NCBI GenBank assembly: GCA_028534125.1
Contig: CM052817.1
Span: 55,244,001-55,308,000 of the forward strand
Length of the DNA stretch: 64,000 nt
Direction: 5' to 3'
From: Lama glama
Lineage: Eukaryota
Below the pieces are notes generated by a model that worked only from the letters and a program-made list of their open reading frames with translations, was not told the DNA's origin and did no database searches. This document shows positions 39,831 through 53,300 of the stretch, piece by piece. The translations under genes were made by a program, and so were the position numbers. Positions within the stretch are counted from its first letter, which is position 1. Each line of letters starts with the position of its first letter.

Positions 39831-42225
39831 GAAATTAAAAGGAAATTGTTACCCTTTACTTACTTCATGAAGAGAAAATAAAGTATTATTAGTGTACAAA
39901 ATATTTTATTTTTGTGTATTAAAATATATAATTTAGTCAAATTGTCATAAATGCCTTTTGCATTCATAAGTTGGGTTAGGTAATTTTTATTAGATTATTT
40001 GCATTTGAGCAATGAAAATGATAACCCATATGAAAATCATGAATAAGCTGAATTTAAAGAAACTTTACCACTTGGCTAGCCAAAATGGATGGATAAATTC
40101 ATTTCAGTCGCTTTTCAGTTTTCAGTTCAAGGGATCTATTTGTGACAGCAGTGGGAATCTAGGGTATGTCCTTGTAGTTTATGACTTTTAATACCTTGTA
40201 TTTATGTTGTCAAATTCATTTCAGTATTATAATTGCTTTTCAAATTTTTATGTTATATAGAAGTACTGTGAAGAACATTTACAAATAAACATTACTCGTA
40301 TCTACACATTTACTTTTTATATAGAAATTGTTAGTATTTGGATGTCCTAACCTTGTATTATAACATTAACACAAATAATTGCATCAGTTGGAAATTTTAC
40401 TAATTGGTAAAGACCCAATAAAAAAATATAAAAAGCAGAAGGACTACACAGGTGAATAAATTTTGGTTAAAAAGCTTATAAATTACATCTATAAATAAGG
40501 TAGTATGTGTTATTCTTGAAATCCTTACTATAACAAGTTTATGAGAATTTCTCATTAATTTATTCCTTGAGGGTAGAAATAAGTTTCTTCAGGCATTTAT
40601 CATTATCTTTGCTGAATTGTAAGAAAAATGAATCAGAGTAATAATTTATATGAAAGGATCTAGAGTACTCTGTGAGCTAAATGAATAGAGATGAATACTT
40701 TAATCTTTGAATATTCATGTCTACTGAATAATTGTTACATATTATATCCCTAATAAGTGTTGATTGATTAAGAGAATGAGCTGATTGAGTTATTTAAAAC
40801 ATATTCTTAGTCCTCCATCACAAAATGAGGAAATTCATTACAGCAAGCTAGGATTCCCTAAATAATATCCTTATGGAAGGTAAAATACCCAAACTGTGCT
40901 ATGAATATAATTGCATTTTAAGAGTTACCCTTCTCTAGAAACCATTAAATTAGTTCAAGAAATTTACCATTAATACAAATAAAATGAAAAATCCTATATT
41001 CTAGAAAAAATTAAAAATTAAAATTTTACCAGGAAATTCAGGAAAAAGATGATTATGTCTTATATAAACAGTACAGTGAGCAATAGAAAAAAAGATTCAT
41101 ATGGAAAGTTGAAATTTTAGCATTGATTTCTCAGTGACTAGCAGAGCAAATAGATTTAAAGGAAAAATGAGTTCAAATGTTTTAGGGCACTTTTTCTAAG
41201 GTAAACATTTAACATCTGTATATTACCAGAAAAGAAAGGAAATATCTTCCAGTGGCCATTTAACCATAAATTTCTCCTATGGTAAAATATTCCCATTGGT
41301 TATTTAATATTATTGAGAATTGTATCTGATAAAATGGAACATGTAATTTCATGGACAACATGTTCAAGTGGGAACAAAATATAACCTTCATCTGAAATTG
41401 CAAAGATTATTGCTGGTGTGGTATTAAAATGAGAAATTCAGAGAAGATTTAAACTCAATATGTTGGTTCAAGTAAAGCAGGCTCAAATGGGAGAAAAGAA
41501 GGCACAGAAAATCCTATTGTAATTCTGACTTACTCTGTAATGTTCTCAGTCTTGATTCATATTCTCGTTGCTATTTGGGGTAATACTGTTTGATAGTATA
41601 AGTTTAATTTTGATAAAACCAATGATAACACTGATACTGAGGATCAAATATATTGGAGAAGTGGATTAAAACCTACACAGGAAGTTCTTTCAATGGAAGC
41701 TTATTGGCCAGGAGAAGAACTAGATTTAGTTACTAATCAATTAATTGTTACATTGAGTTATTCTATTGATACCTTTCATAAAGTTCAGAAATCCAAATAA
41801 AAGAATTTTCAAGCTTTTATAAGATTATTAAAAACTTTGTACTGGTAAACTGAAATGTTTCTTTAAAGCAATATATGTATCTCATTGGACACAAATGATT
41901 ATTATTTTCATCAGTATCTCTTTGCTTTTTATATTTGATAAATTGTACAAAAGATATCAGAGAAGAAATAACCATGAGCAAATTATAATGTCAAAACCCT
42001 GACCAAGAGTTAAAGCTTGAATTGTAGGGATATTGTTGATTATTTAAGTAGGAAAAGCTCTATTTTTATCTCTGAGCATGCACAGATACCTGGTTTTAAT
42101 TCTTGTCCAAGGTAGGGTCCATGGAATTTCTGATATGCTGCTTAAGGACTCAAACTTTCTTGGCAACCCAAGAGGTCAGTTTCTTTACTGATAGTTTGCA
42201 GATGGCTTATGTCCCAGTTGTACCT

Positions 42226-42776
42226 GTAGAATTTTAATTTATGGAGTTGACTGAGTGGAAACACAAAGAGGTCAATGCCATTCAGAGAAGAATTTATTAC
42301 TTAAAGTTCTCAAGAGGAGGGGACCATGCCATGCAGGTCTACATGGAGAAGCACCAGATTTAATTATGAGGCAGAAGGAACAAAGAAAGCAGGACCTAGA
42401 CCTTTAGTGTTAAGTTTTCTATGGGAGACATAAGACAGGGCGGGCATACAGCTTAGAACTGGCCAGTCTGAGTAATGTCTGTGGGCTTTAGGCTATAGCA
42501 GTAATCTCTAATGGTCTGGTACCAGGCTCTGGGATAATTTAGAGCGGGGGAAATACTGGCTTGGTGTGTGAGAGATAAAGGAGGTATTGAAGGTATAACT
42601 TGGGGTTGGATGGTTTGCATACATAAGGTGTGTTCACAGTGGAATTGGTATCTTGGAAATTAGCTAGTCTTGGGAAGAGCAATCTCTCCCCAGCCAGCTA
42701 GACCCCTACCCCAACAAGATTTCAAAGCACAATACAATATGGAAAAACAAAACAAAACAAAAACATGATTAATACA
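42226..42776 (-). mobile_element. MER74-like ERVL solo LTR
   Basis: Minus strand starts tgtattaatcatgtttt. Motifs tctggtaccaggctctggg, ggatggtttgcatacataagg, ggagaagcaccag and ttctcaagaggagggg match the MER74/MER54 group. Confidence 0.75.
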
Positions 42777-43678
42777 GTGTAACCAACTAGAAAAGGCTGG
42801 CTTGATTTGGTGGCCAGGGGGACTTAAATGTACGTACTGAAAGTATTTTCCTTTGAGTTCTTCCAAAGCCAAGATTCCTGTCTTAGATATTAACATAGGT
42901 ATTGTTTCAAGCTGGAGACAGTCTACGCTGCTCCAGTACAAGCCTGGGTGTACTTGCATGTTGACGTTACTTCTTTTTCTAGTGTTTTCCTGTGCTCTGT
43001 CTCACTGTACCATATTCTTTGCCTTTAAATGAAAGCCTTATACAAGTATGTTTTGTGGGTTCTAGTTGGTTCTCTCATATATATAAAGTAAGAATTAAAT
43101 AATGCATGTGATAAGATATGTGAACTTGAAAATGTAGCAATAAAAGTATCCAAACTGAGGCTCAATGGAAAAAATAAACTAAAATATGAGAAAATGAAAG
43201 ATCTTGTTTCATAAGGAAAAAATCAAACAGCAAATGGAGCAATTTTGTAATTATTAGAAGACCTAGAAGGGGAAAAAAAAAAGGGAATGCAGAAAAGAGC
43301 AACAAAAACAACTTAAATAATGGCTTAGTTTTATAAAATCAATAAATTAAAAATCCAAGAGGCTCATTGAAACAGAAATAGGACAAATGGCAAGGCACAA
43401 CATATCTAATAACCAATGATAGAAATAGTCCTAAAGCAATTAGAGATTTATACCTTCCTGGAGATAGAAGATAAGAAATTCCACAGACTTCCCAAAAACA
43501 ATGTAAGACAGAAGGAAGCAAAATTGTATCTTTAAAGAGCAGAAACACACATGTAAATCAAAAAGACAAGTTACCTCTAATTCTATACCCAGCAATCTTA
43601 AAAATAGGGTAAAATAAAACTATTTTAAGAATAAAAAACCTAAAAAAATTAAAGTAATTGTGGAGGTAAGCCCCACCC

Positions 43679-44135
43679 CTTCCTCTTTCCTTCTCAGAAG
43701 ACAGCGGGAGCAGCTTGTACAGCCATGGCCAAGATTAAGGCTCCAGACCTTTGCTGCAAGGAGGAGCTGCTAGAACAACTGGAGGACCTGAAGGTGGAGC
43801 TGTCCCAGTTGTGAGTCGCTAAAGTGGCAGGTGGCGCGGTTTCCAAGATCTCCAAGATCCAAGTTATTTCCAAATCCAGTTCTCCTGTTCTCATGTTTTC
43901 ACCATCACTAACCAGACTCAGAAAGAGAACATCAGGAAATTCTCTAAGGGCAACAAGTACATGCCCCTGGATCTGTGGCCCAAGAAAACCTGGTGCCATG
44001 CAACCCTGGCTCAATGAGCAGGAAGAGAACTTGAAGACCAAGAAGCAGCAATGGAAGAAGCGGCTGTACCCACCATGGCAGTACATGATCCAGGCCTGAG
44101 CATCCAGACATCAATAAAACAAACTGGCAGGAAAA
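43679..44135 (+). pseudogene. RPL35: Processed pseudogene of 60S ribosomal protein L35 (uL29)
   Basis: 5'TOP cttcctctttcc and ATG 43725, reading [42 protein letters not shown]...[11 protein letters not shown]...PLDLWPKKT...EENLKTKKQQWKKRLYP...QA* (TGA 44097-44099). Intronless, premature TGA 43812-43814, frameshifts, AATAAA 44113-44118. Confidence 0.97.
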
Positions 44136-44958
44136 CAAATTCATCAGCCAACTCGTACTGTTAGAAATAATAAACATAGTTCTTCAAGTGAATAGAAAAT
44201 GATACAAGTGGAAAATTAAATATACATAAAGGAACAGAGAGTACTAAATAAGGTGAATATATGGGAAAAGATATTTTTGTAATGTCTACTATTTTCAAAT
44301 GGTAGCTGATTATTCAAAGAAAAATTAAAACAAGGTTATGTGATTTGTGATATAGGTAGAAGTGGCAACACAGGACAGGAGGGGAAAATTGAAGTATACG
44401 GATTACAGCAATATTAAAATGTACTTTAAGTTAAAAATGCATCTTGCAGATCCCTAGAAGAAAATCACTATAAAATGAAGAGAGATATGGATAATAAGTA
44501 GCTCTAAAATGGAATGCTGAAATTACTCAGTTAATCCAACTGATGTTAGGAAAAGAAAAAAAAGAACAAAGACTAGCTGGTACAAGTAGAAAACAGAGTA
44601 AGATGGTAGATTTTAATCTAAAACTAGAGGCAATTAAATTTAAATGATCTAAATACTCCAAACAAAAAGGAGGTTGTAAAATTGAATAAAAAACACGACC
44701 TAGCAACATGCTGTCCAGAGGAAACATATTAAATATAAATACATAGCTAGGTAATAAGTAAAAAGATGAAATAGTTTAAGATATTAAAAATAATCTTAGA
44801 AGATTGGAGGGTCTATATTAGTATTAGACCATATATTCTTCAGGATAAAACACTTTTCTAAATAGGGACATTTATGATTATAAAAATGATAACTCATCAC
44901 TAAGACAAAATATACTTAAAATATGTATAATTCTTAAGAGTTTCAGTATATGTAAACT

Positions 44959-45452
44959 ATAGGGGTGGAAAAAGTTTTCCCTCTTCCTTTTTAGATTCTT
45001 TGGCTTTTCTAATAATTAAATTGATATAGACAGATTAACAGGTGAAAAACAAATTTAATTTTATGTAAGTGGGAGCAGATAAAAATGTGAGACTCCGTTA
45101 ACTAACCAAAGCAAGCAGCTTTTATACCTTTTAGCTAAAGACACAATACATTTGTGAGGAACTTAAAAAAACAGAGGGGTTTGGGCTTGGAGTAGTAAAT
45201 TAGTGAGAAAGTTAACAGGTTTGTTTTTGCAGCCTTCTCAGCCTTAAATTCCCTATCTTTTGCTGTAAGGATGCCTTCTACCCTCCTGCTTTAGGGAGGG
45301 TTGTTTCATATTGGAGATTTATTTCTTATTTTTAGGGGAATAAAAGAGGATCAGAGAGTCTTTTTTGCATGGCTGTTTCTTAGTAACTTTAATTCAAAAT
45401 AATCAATATGCCAAAGTGGCGTATTTGGGGGTAGCATATTCTGCTCTCCTTT
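44959..45452 (-). mobile_element. MER34-like ERV1 solo LTR inside L1M
   Basis: aggggtggaaaaagttttccctc...gacagattaacaggtgaaaaac...aaaataatcaatatgccaaagtggcgtatttgggggtagcatattctg. Confidence 0.8.
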
Positions 45453-46379
45453 GAGATCAATAACTGAAAGAACTGAAAAGAGACGTAGACATATCCACAA
45501 TTATAGTTGAAAATTGCAACACCTTTCTCACATAGATGGGCTTTAGGTGCACATGGAATATTAATCTATATAGACCATATATATAGGCATAAAATATCCC
45601 AATAAATTTCAAAGAATTAAAATCAAATAGTTTATATTTTCAGACCACTGAAAAATTAAAAAGCTTAGAACACTCAAATAATGATTGCTTAAATAATACT
45701 TCTGCATAGCTCATGGGCCAAAGAAGAAATCAAAATAATAATTATAAAATACTTTAAATTTAATGGTGTAAATAACTTATCAAAATGTGCTGGGTTCATA
45801 TCCCAAAAAGCACTGCTTCAGGGATATAAATTTTAAAATTAAATATATATAACTATATACCTGTGTTTGTAAAGAAGCATTATCTAAAATTGATGATTTA
45901 AGATTTAACCTTGAAAGGCAGGATAAAAAAAGCAAATCAAATACAAATTATGTTAAAGAAAAGAAATAATAAAAGTCAGAGCAGAATGTGAATAAAATTG
46001 AGAAACCTTATAAAACCAAAGGATAGACTTTTGAAAATGTCATTAAAATGGATATATTTGCAGACGAGTCCCTTTCACCCTGAATTTTTGAAAGATACAT
46101 ACCCTAATTTTTAAAGTATTTATTGTATGTCACTCCTCTTACGTATTTATTATTTTACTACCTATATGTTATGTTTGGAAGAAATACTCAAATAATCTTT
46201 GTAGGCCTTAATTCTCTTATAAAACTACATTTGAGACACTCTGATTTAAATCAGTGGCATAAAAGAGTGAAAAGTCACACAGCAACAGCGGGAAGGAGTC
46301 ATCCTACATGTCCTGCAGATACAGAGAGTATTGTAAACAACTTGCTACTGTCTTCGCTTTAGAGGAAATAGGTAAGGGA

Positions 46380-47820
46380 AAGTAAACTAGCACAGCCACT
46401 ATGGAAAGTAGTATGGAGGTTCCTCAAAAAAATTAAAAATAGACCTACCATATGATCTAGCAATTTCACTTCTGGAAATATTTGTCCTAAGGAGATAAAG
46501 TCCCTATATCAAAAAGATCTCCACCCCAAAATTCATTGCATCATTATTTACAATAGTCAAGACATGGAATCAACCTGTGTCCGTCAGTGGATAAAGAAAT
46601 TGTGATGTGTGTGCGCGTAAAATCAGAGAAATGTGTTGTGTGTGTATATAATATTAAATCAACTATAAAAAGAAGGAAATCCTACTATTTGCAACAACAT
46701 GGATGGACCTTGAAGGCATTCTCTTAAGCAAAAACTAGGGGTTTGTAAATGATCATATGTCCGAAAACTGCAGCCATTAAAGTACAGAAGAATCTCGTTA
46801 GATACACTATTCAGTAGACTAAGCAAAGTACAAAACGGTGTGAAACATTTGTGTAAAATTTTTGAAAGGATTCGTGTTTCTAAAATATTTTTCCACTGGA
46901 CCCAGATGTAAGAAACTTAACAGTTGGCACCTTTGGAGAGACAGCTTAGAGATTTTGGAATCAGAGTAAGAAGGAATGTTTTTGCTCTTCATTCCTCTCT
47001 GTATTGTTTCATTTTTATAAACCATGTGCCTGTGTTATTTTCGTATGTATTTTTTAATGTAAAATTAATGAAGTCTACTCAAAAATTTTAAAAAAAATAT
47101 GTTTTTCTATGGGGTTTCTTAGTTTTAATGCTATAATTTATTTGAAATATACCTCAGAAAAAGGTAATTTTTTTCCCCCAAGTTGTTGATTGTTTTCAAC
47201 ACCGTTTGTTCTAAATTCTGTCATTGATTTGTAATGCTTTTTTTTGCTTCATGTTGTTTTTATACCCATAGTAAGGTTGGTTTTAGAGTTATTAATTAAG
47301 GGCCATTGATGCTGCCTGGTTCTTGATCCAGTACCATGCTGTACAGTTGCTGCAGTTTTAAAGTACATTTTAATATACGCTAAAACAATAAAAAGTGGCC
47401 AAATTTCTAAAAAATCATATTGTAGAAAAACTGACTCAAATAGAAATAGGACAGTTATATGTTACAGTACATATCATATATATACACACACTTATACATA
47501 CATATACATGCGCTATACAAAAATCATTTTTGAGTGAAAAAAACAAGCACAAAGAGATTTACTATTGTTGTATAATTCTATTTATATGCAATTCTAGAAC
47601 AGAAAAATATTAATGTGACAAAAAGACAAATAGATGCCTAGGATAAGTCAGGTAAAGGATCTCTAAGGGAGCATAAGGGAATTTTTGTTGGGTGATGAAT
47701 ATATTCTGTATCTTAATTATAACAGTGTAACATGAGTATGTACATTTGACAAAACATATCAGATTATAAACTTAAAATGTTTTCATTTTACTGTCAGTTG
47801 TACCCAAATAAAATTGATAT
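46380..47820 (+). mobile_element. L1 3' end fragments (L1MA/MB/ME types)
   Basis: cagccactatggaaagtagtatggaggttcctcaaaaaa...gacctaccatatgatctagcaatttcacttctgg; ttgggtgatgaatatattctgtatctt. Confidence 0.75.
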
Positions 47821-49384
47821 CATTTAGCAATTGTCCCATATCTTTAAGAAATTTGGTACTATTTATAAAGGTGTAATGTCACTTTCAAGGGCTATGATCA
47901 ATTGCAAAAATCTCTTAAGAAAAGTTATATATTTATTGCTCATGTTAGTGTCAATGTAAATTGAATTTTTATAATTCTAGAGGATGTAGATGTGTTCTTT
48001 CTTGCCCACTAATAGATATTTTTAGTTTCCACTGGAAATATAGGACCCTCAGGAGACTATTTCAGTAGCTTCTCAGGAAAGCATCCTACAGTAAAACAGT
48101 GCTTATTGCTGTTCTAGGTAGAAATACAGTTACAGCATCACAATAGCAGTTCCTCCAATCCAGTCAAGTCGCTATCCCTTCTGAAGTTGCTGTCCATTGC
48201 TTCATACTCCAGTGACTTGCTCTCATTTATTAATCAAGTTCTTTCTGAATCTGCTTCTTTACCTATGCTTCTCCACTACTCTTTTCTTGTTGTACTAAGG
48301 GCATCTTCTACATTTGCTTATACCTTTTGTTGTCTATGTCTCACTTGTAAAATATTCCCAATACATGATATGATTTTTTAAAATTATTATTTAATCTGCT
48401 TATTATTGTTAATTCATTATATATTTATATTTCATTTCATAGATTATGTCTTAGTGTTAAAAACTGTCTTTATGATTTATGTGTATGACAATATATTCAT
48501 GATTTTATGTATATGAAATATAATAGATATAAAAATGTCTATCTCTACAATGAGTAAGTTGAGAAGACAGTATAACCTGTTGGTGTAAACTCTATTTTTA
48601 TGTAATAAACATGTTTGATAGATATACAAAAGAGTAGAAAGAATAAAGTAATACTGAATGTTTTGTGGAAGACTTTCAATTACAATGTCTTATATTTTCA
48701 ACTAGAATAGAATGTCCAGCTTGCAAGGAAAGAAAATCTTTTCCAAAATATCTTTTAAAGGGATTTCTATTTATATTAGATATACAATATTGCAGAAGCA
48801 AATTGTGCTGTTCCTCCCACCTTTGTAATTTTATTTCAATATAAATTATTTTTCATTAGAATGTCTCATCTTTCTGGCCAGTTTCCATCAGCTCTTGTGA
48901 ATTCTGATGATTCGTAAGTTCCCTCTAATCCATGGAGTGAACATAAAAAGAAATTAAACATCAGAAGCAGGCTAAACCCCACATAAAGGCAATATCACTT
49001 TTGTTTAAGTAATAATTTATTACCACTCTTTACTTCAAAGTACTTTTAAAAACTGACTTGGTGAACAAGCCATCATTTTTATAAACAAGGTAAACATTGC
49101 CCTACTTTTAACAGAAATGGAAACTAAGGCTGAGAGTTTGAATCTTCAAAAAAAGAAAAATAACACCTGATTCTTACTATCAGTTTTGGTTCATTGTATG
49201 ACATAAGAATTCAATCCCTTTCTTAATACTCTATTCGCAATCTGTATAACCTCTTTATAGTCAGTGGTACTGGTTGTATTAACAGACATTTCAAAGCTTG
49301 CATTTTTTCTGATATGATCCACAGAATTTTGTACAAGTGGTAGATCTTCAGATAAATACATTGTCTTTGATTCACGTTATGCCA

Positions 49385-50330
49385 ATTAAATTCAACAAAC
49401 ATTTATTGAATCATAATATGTGTCAGATACCATGGGAAGTGCTAGAAATGAAAAGATAAATATGGAATATGATTTGTTCTTAAGGGTACACAGTCAAGGG
49501 ATGAAGATAGTGATGTAAGTAAATCATTGAAATAAAATGTGATGTGAGTATTTTCAAAATAGAATATTGCCACAAATTACAAGTCATCAACTTGAATACA
49601 GAAGGTATATTTTCAAGAAGAGATGTTTTATATGAAACATAAAATAGGAGGAGTTTTTATTTTTTTTCCCCCAGCATGGGGGCCGAGCAAGACTGGGAGA
49701 TTGGTGAGGAAAGAACAATATTTCAGGAGGCAGAACAGCATGTGCCAAACTAGAAATATATTAGACAGCTAAAGAAACTGCAGAGTTTTGGTCTTGATTG
49801 AAACACAGACTAAATTTGTGTAGCAGTAGCAAATTAGGCGAAGGAGAAATTTTGGAGTGTATCTTATGATATTCTAATAAGCCCTCAAGCAGTGGTCTTT
49901 CTGAAAAATACTAAAAGAACAAACAGGAGTAACATTCCTGTATTTCTGTTTTGGCTCAATCTTGTTGAAGATGGGATAATAGATTATAAGACTATGAATA
50001 AAGACATTAGTGGAGCTTAATGGTTCAGGTGGGAAATGGTGAAATTCTGACTTAAGTCATCAGTAGTTTGAAGGGGCTGACATTTAGAGATAGTAACATA
50101 GTAAAATTATAGCATTTAGTGACCCATGAGATGTGGCCAGAGAAGGGATGGGGGTTTAGGGTCTCCTGTAATTACGGGTTAAGTAAAATAAATGGTTTAT
50201 TCAAAATGGAACTTAAGAAGATGAGTGAGTTGAGGAGAAAGATTATGAGTTTCATTTTGGAATGTGTTGATTTGGAATCTATACATTAACAAGCATTTTG
50301 ATAATGAGCAATTAGTGTTTGCTGTGCATT
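49385..50330 (-). mobile_element. L2 LINE fragment
   Basis: ttcaacaaacatttattgaatca..tatgtgtcagatac (L2 tail) followed by degenerate L2 body. Confidence 0.7.
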
Positions 50331-53300
50331 TGTAGATGAAATGCTTGAAGAGTTTACTGAATCTGGATGTTCTAGAATACTAGCTTCATGTTTCGTTTGT
50401 ATGAAAATGTTACATTTAAACTAAGCAAATTATTTTTAGTTTACCTTATTAGTGCTGCTAAATGTAGGTATTTAGATTATACTGACCCTACCGAGCAAGA
50501 CTTTTGTCTATTGTTTTGTTATTTAATGTTTCTTTTTGATATATTTAAAGAAAACAAAAGCTTACTGGAAGAAAATCATGTTTGTTTTCAACAATTTTGA
50601 AATCATTTGGAGTTACATTTTCTCAGGTTGAATTTGAAATGGAAAGTAAAATTTAAAAAGATTGATGCAAGGGAGAAAAAGAAACAGTTTGTTTCCACTA
50701 AAGTCATAAATACTAGTTACTGAAGTTTGATATTGGAACTATCTCACCTTGTTCTCAACAGGAAATACATTGCATCCTGTGAATGCAGAAAAGTGCTGCT
50801 TGCATTAGATTAAAATTTTACATTGAAAGGCTTTACCTGTACACTCATCGCTGAAGTTACTATTTTAAAAAGAAAAACTAAAGAAAAAAAATTGCCTGTA
50901 TCTAATATGGCTATGCTCCCATTGTCCATAATATTAACACCTCATTGAGCTGACAACGTTTAGGAAAAGCTGAGTTCACTTCATTGCTACTGTTATTCAT
51001 CTGGATATGAGTTTCATTAAAATCATTATCAGTGAATTTTATTTATATAAATCATTAAAAAGTATGCTTTCTCCTTCTGTACAATGTAACTTCCCTCACC
51101 TACCAACACAGTGCAGGCAAACAGTAACAACCTGCTCTTCACCTCACATCTGGAGGGAAAGTACAAATCTGTTTTCCTCCTAGATTCTTTTAAGATATGA
51201 AAGCCTGGTAGTAGTTTGTCCACAATCCTCAAAATGTTTTATTTTCCTTATGATGCATTGTTTTGGGTAATTACTCTACCAATAAATAAAAATCACTCAT
51301 TTGGTCTAATAAATAGTTTTAAATCTATGGATGGTATTTTATATTACTAGAAAGTTGTGTCTGAGTAAATGAAACTAGGAGTATGAAGAGTGCCTGGTGG
51401 TATCATCCCAGTACTATGATTGGGGCTGAGTTCCTTTAGGATTGAGATCTAGTTAAGACTCCATTTTGATAAGCCCAGGACAGCTCAGTCATTGTAGGAC
51501 AATTAACACTCCCAGCTGAGATTCCTTTGCATTGATAGGCTTCTTTCTCCACAGCCATCTCTGAGGTAACATTCATTCTTCCAAGTAGAGTTAATCTCAA
51601 GTGATTCCTTTTATTGGTTTGCTTTAATACATTGACCTACCGTAAAAATATTGTAAGTGAACTGACATGTCTTTCATTTTTGAAAAATCTACTGTTTCTT
51701 CTTGACAAGCAAAATCTGTTACTATTCAGAAAACACCACATTCCTCAGGTGACATTATATAATGACACCTCTACAGCACTATTACTGATCTCTGAGTAAG
51801 GACACAAACCCATTCTTCCTTTGACCAGAAAATACATAAACACACCTTTTAAAGTATATTTTTGTTTTTAAAAGCCAAAGTAAATCAACCTACACCCATG
51901 TCACTATGTGGTCAATATATTTTTTTTTCTTTTCCCTCTGTAAAGAGGCCTACAGTTTCTTAATAAACCAGCAAGTAAATCCATAGCCTGAAATTGAATT
52001 CATGACTTACCTTAGATTTCTTTTTCTAACAATCACTCACACATTGTCCAAGCCATCCGATTTCCTATTTAACAAAAGCACAACCAAGCAAACAAAGGGA
52101 TATAGAAATTCAACAGGGGAAAAATAAGTCCATTAGAGCTGGAAAGAGATCATCATTTTTTACCTGCCATGAGAATTTTCAAAATAGCGGGAGAAAAAGT
52201 CAAAATTCTGAGATAGTCTCTAGTGGTGACTGGTGTCCCTATGGCCATAAGGCAGTGTTTGCAGCCAAACATAAATGTCAGTAAATAGAATAAGTGAAAG
52301 ATATATTTCTTTTCATAGAAAAACAATGAAATGGGGCAAATTGTGAATACCATCACCTTCCAGTTACCTTTCTACATGTTTACAGAAATGTATACCTCGT
52401 TACTTACTCTCTATTTTCACATAAATAAAAATCTTTAGAAGCATCATTTGTTTTCACTAATACTTTACAGAAATTCAGTGAGGTGAGCGTATCTCCCTCC
52501 ATTCTTCCTCTGTTTATATATTTATCTTTCTTGAATTGAGCGATCAATCCCCAGAAAGAAGGAATATCTTCTCAGTTAGGAAAGTTCACAAATACATAAA
52601 CACTAAAGAATAATTTTGATGTTTATAGAAAAGCTTTACAAATAAATGAATTGTTTGAGAAAGAATATAAGTGATTGTGTTAGTTTCATGCCATCAAACA
52701 AGGTCATTAATAGCTTTGACATATTTATAATCCAAAACAAGCCCTTATCAATTAGAAAATATTAACTTGTACCACCATCTTTCTGAATATGAAATCTAAT
52801 AAGACAGTTAAGATGGACAGGAGAAAACTGAATACAATTGCAAGTGTTCTGTATTTAGTATGGATACAGATACAGATGTTTAATCTTGGAAAAAAATACT
52901 TAGATCAAGGTGAAGTTAAAAACTTTTGACTTGTGAGTCTCTGAGTAGGAATTTATGTGAGGTTATACTTGGTGCAATTTAGAAAAGGTTCGTCTGTGAC
53001 CAATATGGTAAATTCTAGTCACACTGGAAAAGGATCGGCCAAAAAGATCCAGAGTGCATGATATCTGCAAAGTAGAGTGATCACAAAGTTTGTTATTGAG
53101 GGAAGGTTGTCTCATAAAGCAGACCAAAGAGAAAAATGTTAGGGATATAAATCCAAATACTGTCAACAATTGAATGATATTTGGAAGCTCTAGTTAACTA
53201 GTTCTGGTGTTTAAAGTGAAAAGAGTTGAACAGTTTAAGCATAGTGGAAGCCAACAATTCTGATAAATTATGAAGACTGACCTTAGTTTCTGCTTAGCAC

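Larger units (their letters stand above)
43080..46050 (+). mobile_element. Old L1M (ORF1 into ORF2 EN region) hosting the RPL35 retrocopy and an LTR
   Basis: Degenerate ORF1/ORF2 motifs (aattctatacccagc; caacatgctgtccagaggaaacat; catatccacaattatagttgaaaattgcaacacctttctca), continuous across the insertions. Confidence 0.75.

Noticed and set aside
43694..44177. Minus-strand ORFs of 130 and 77 aa
   Set aside because: Antisense shadows of the RPL35 pseudogene.
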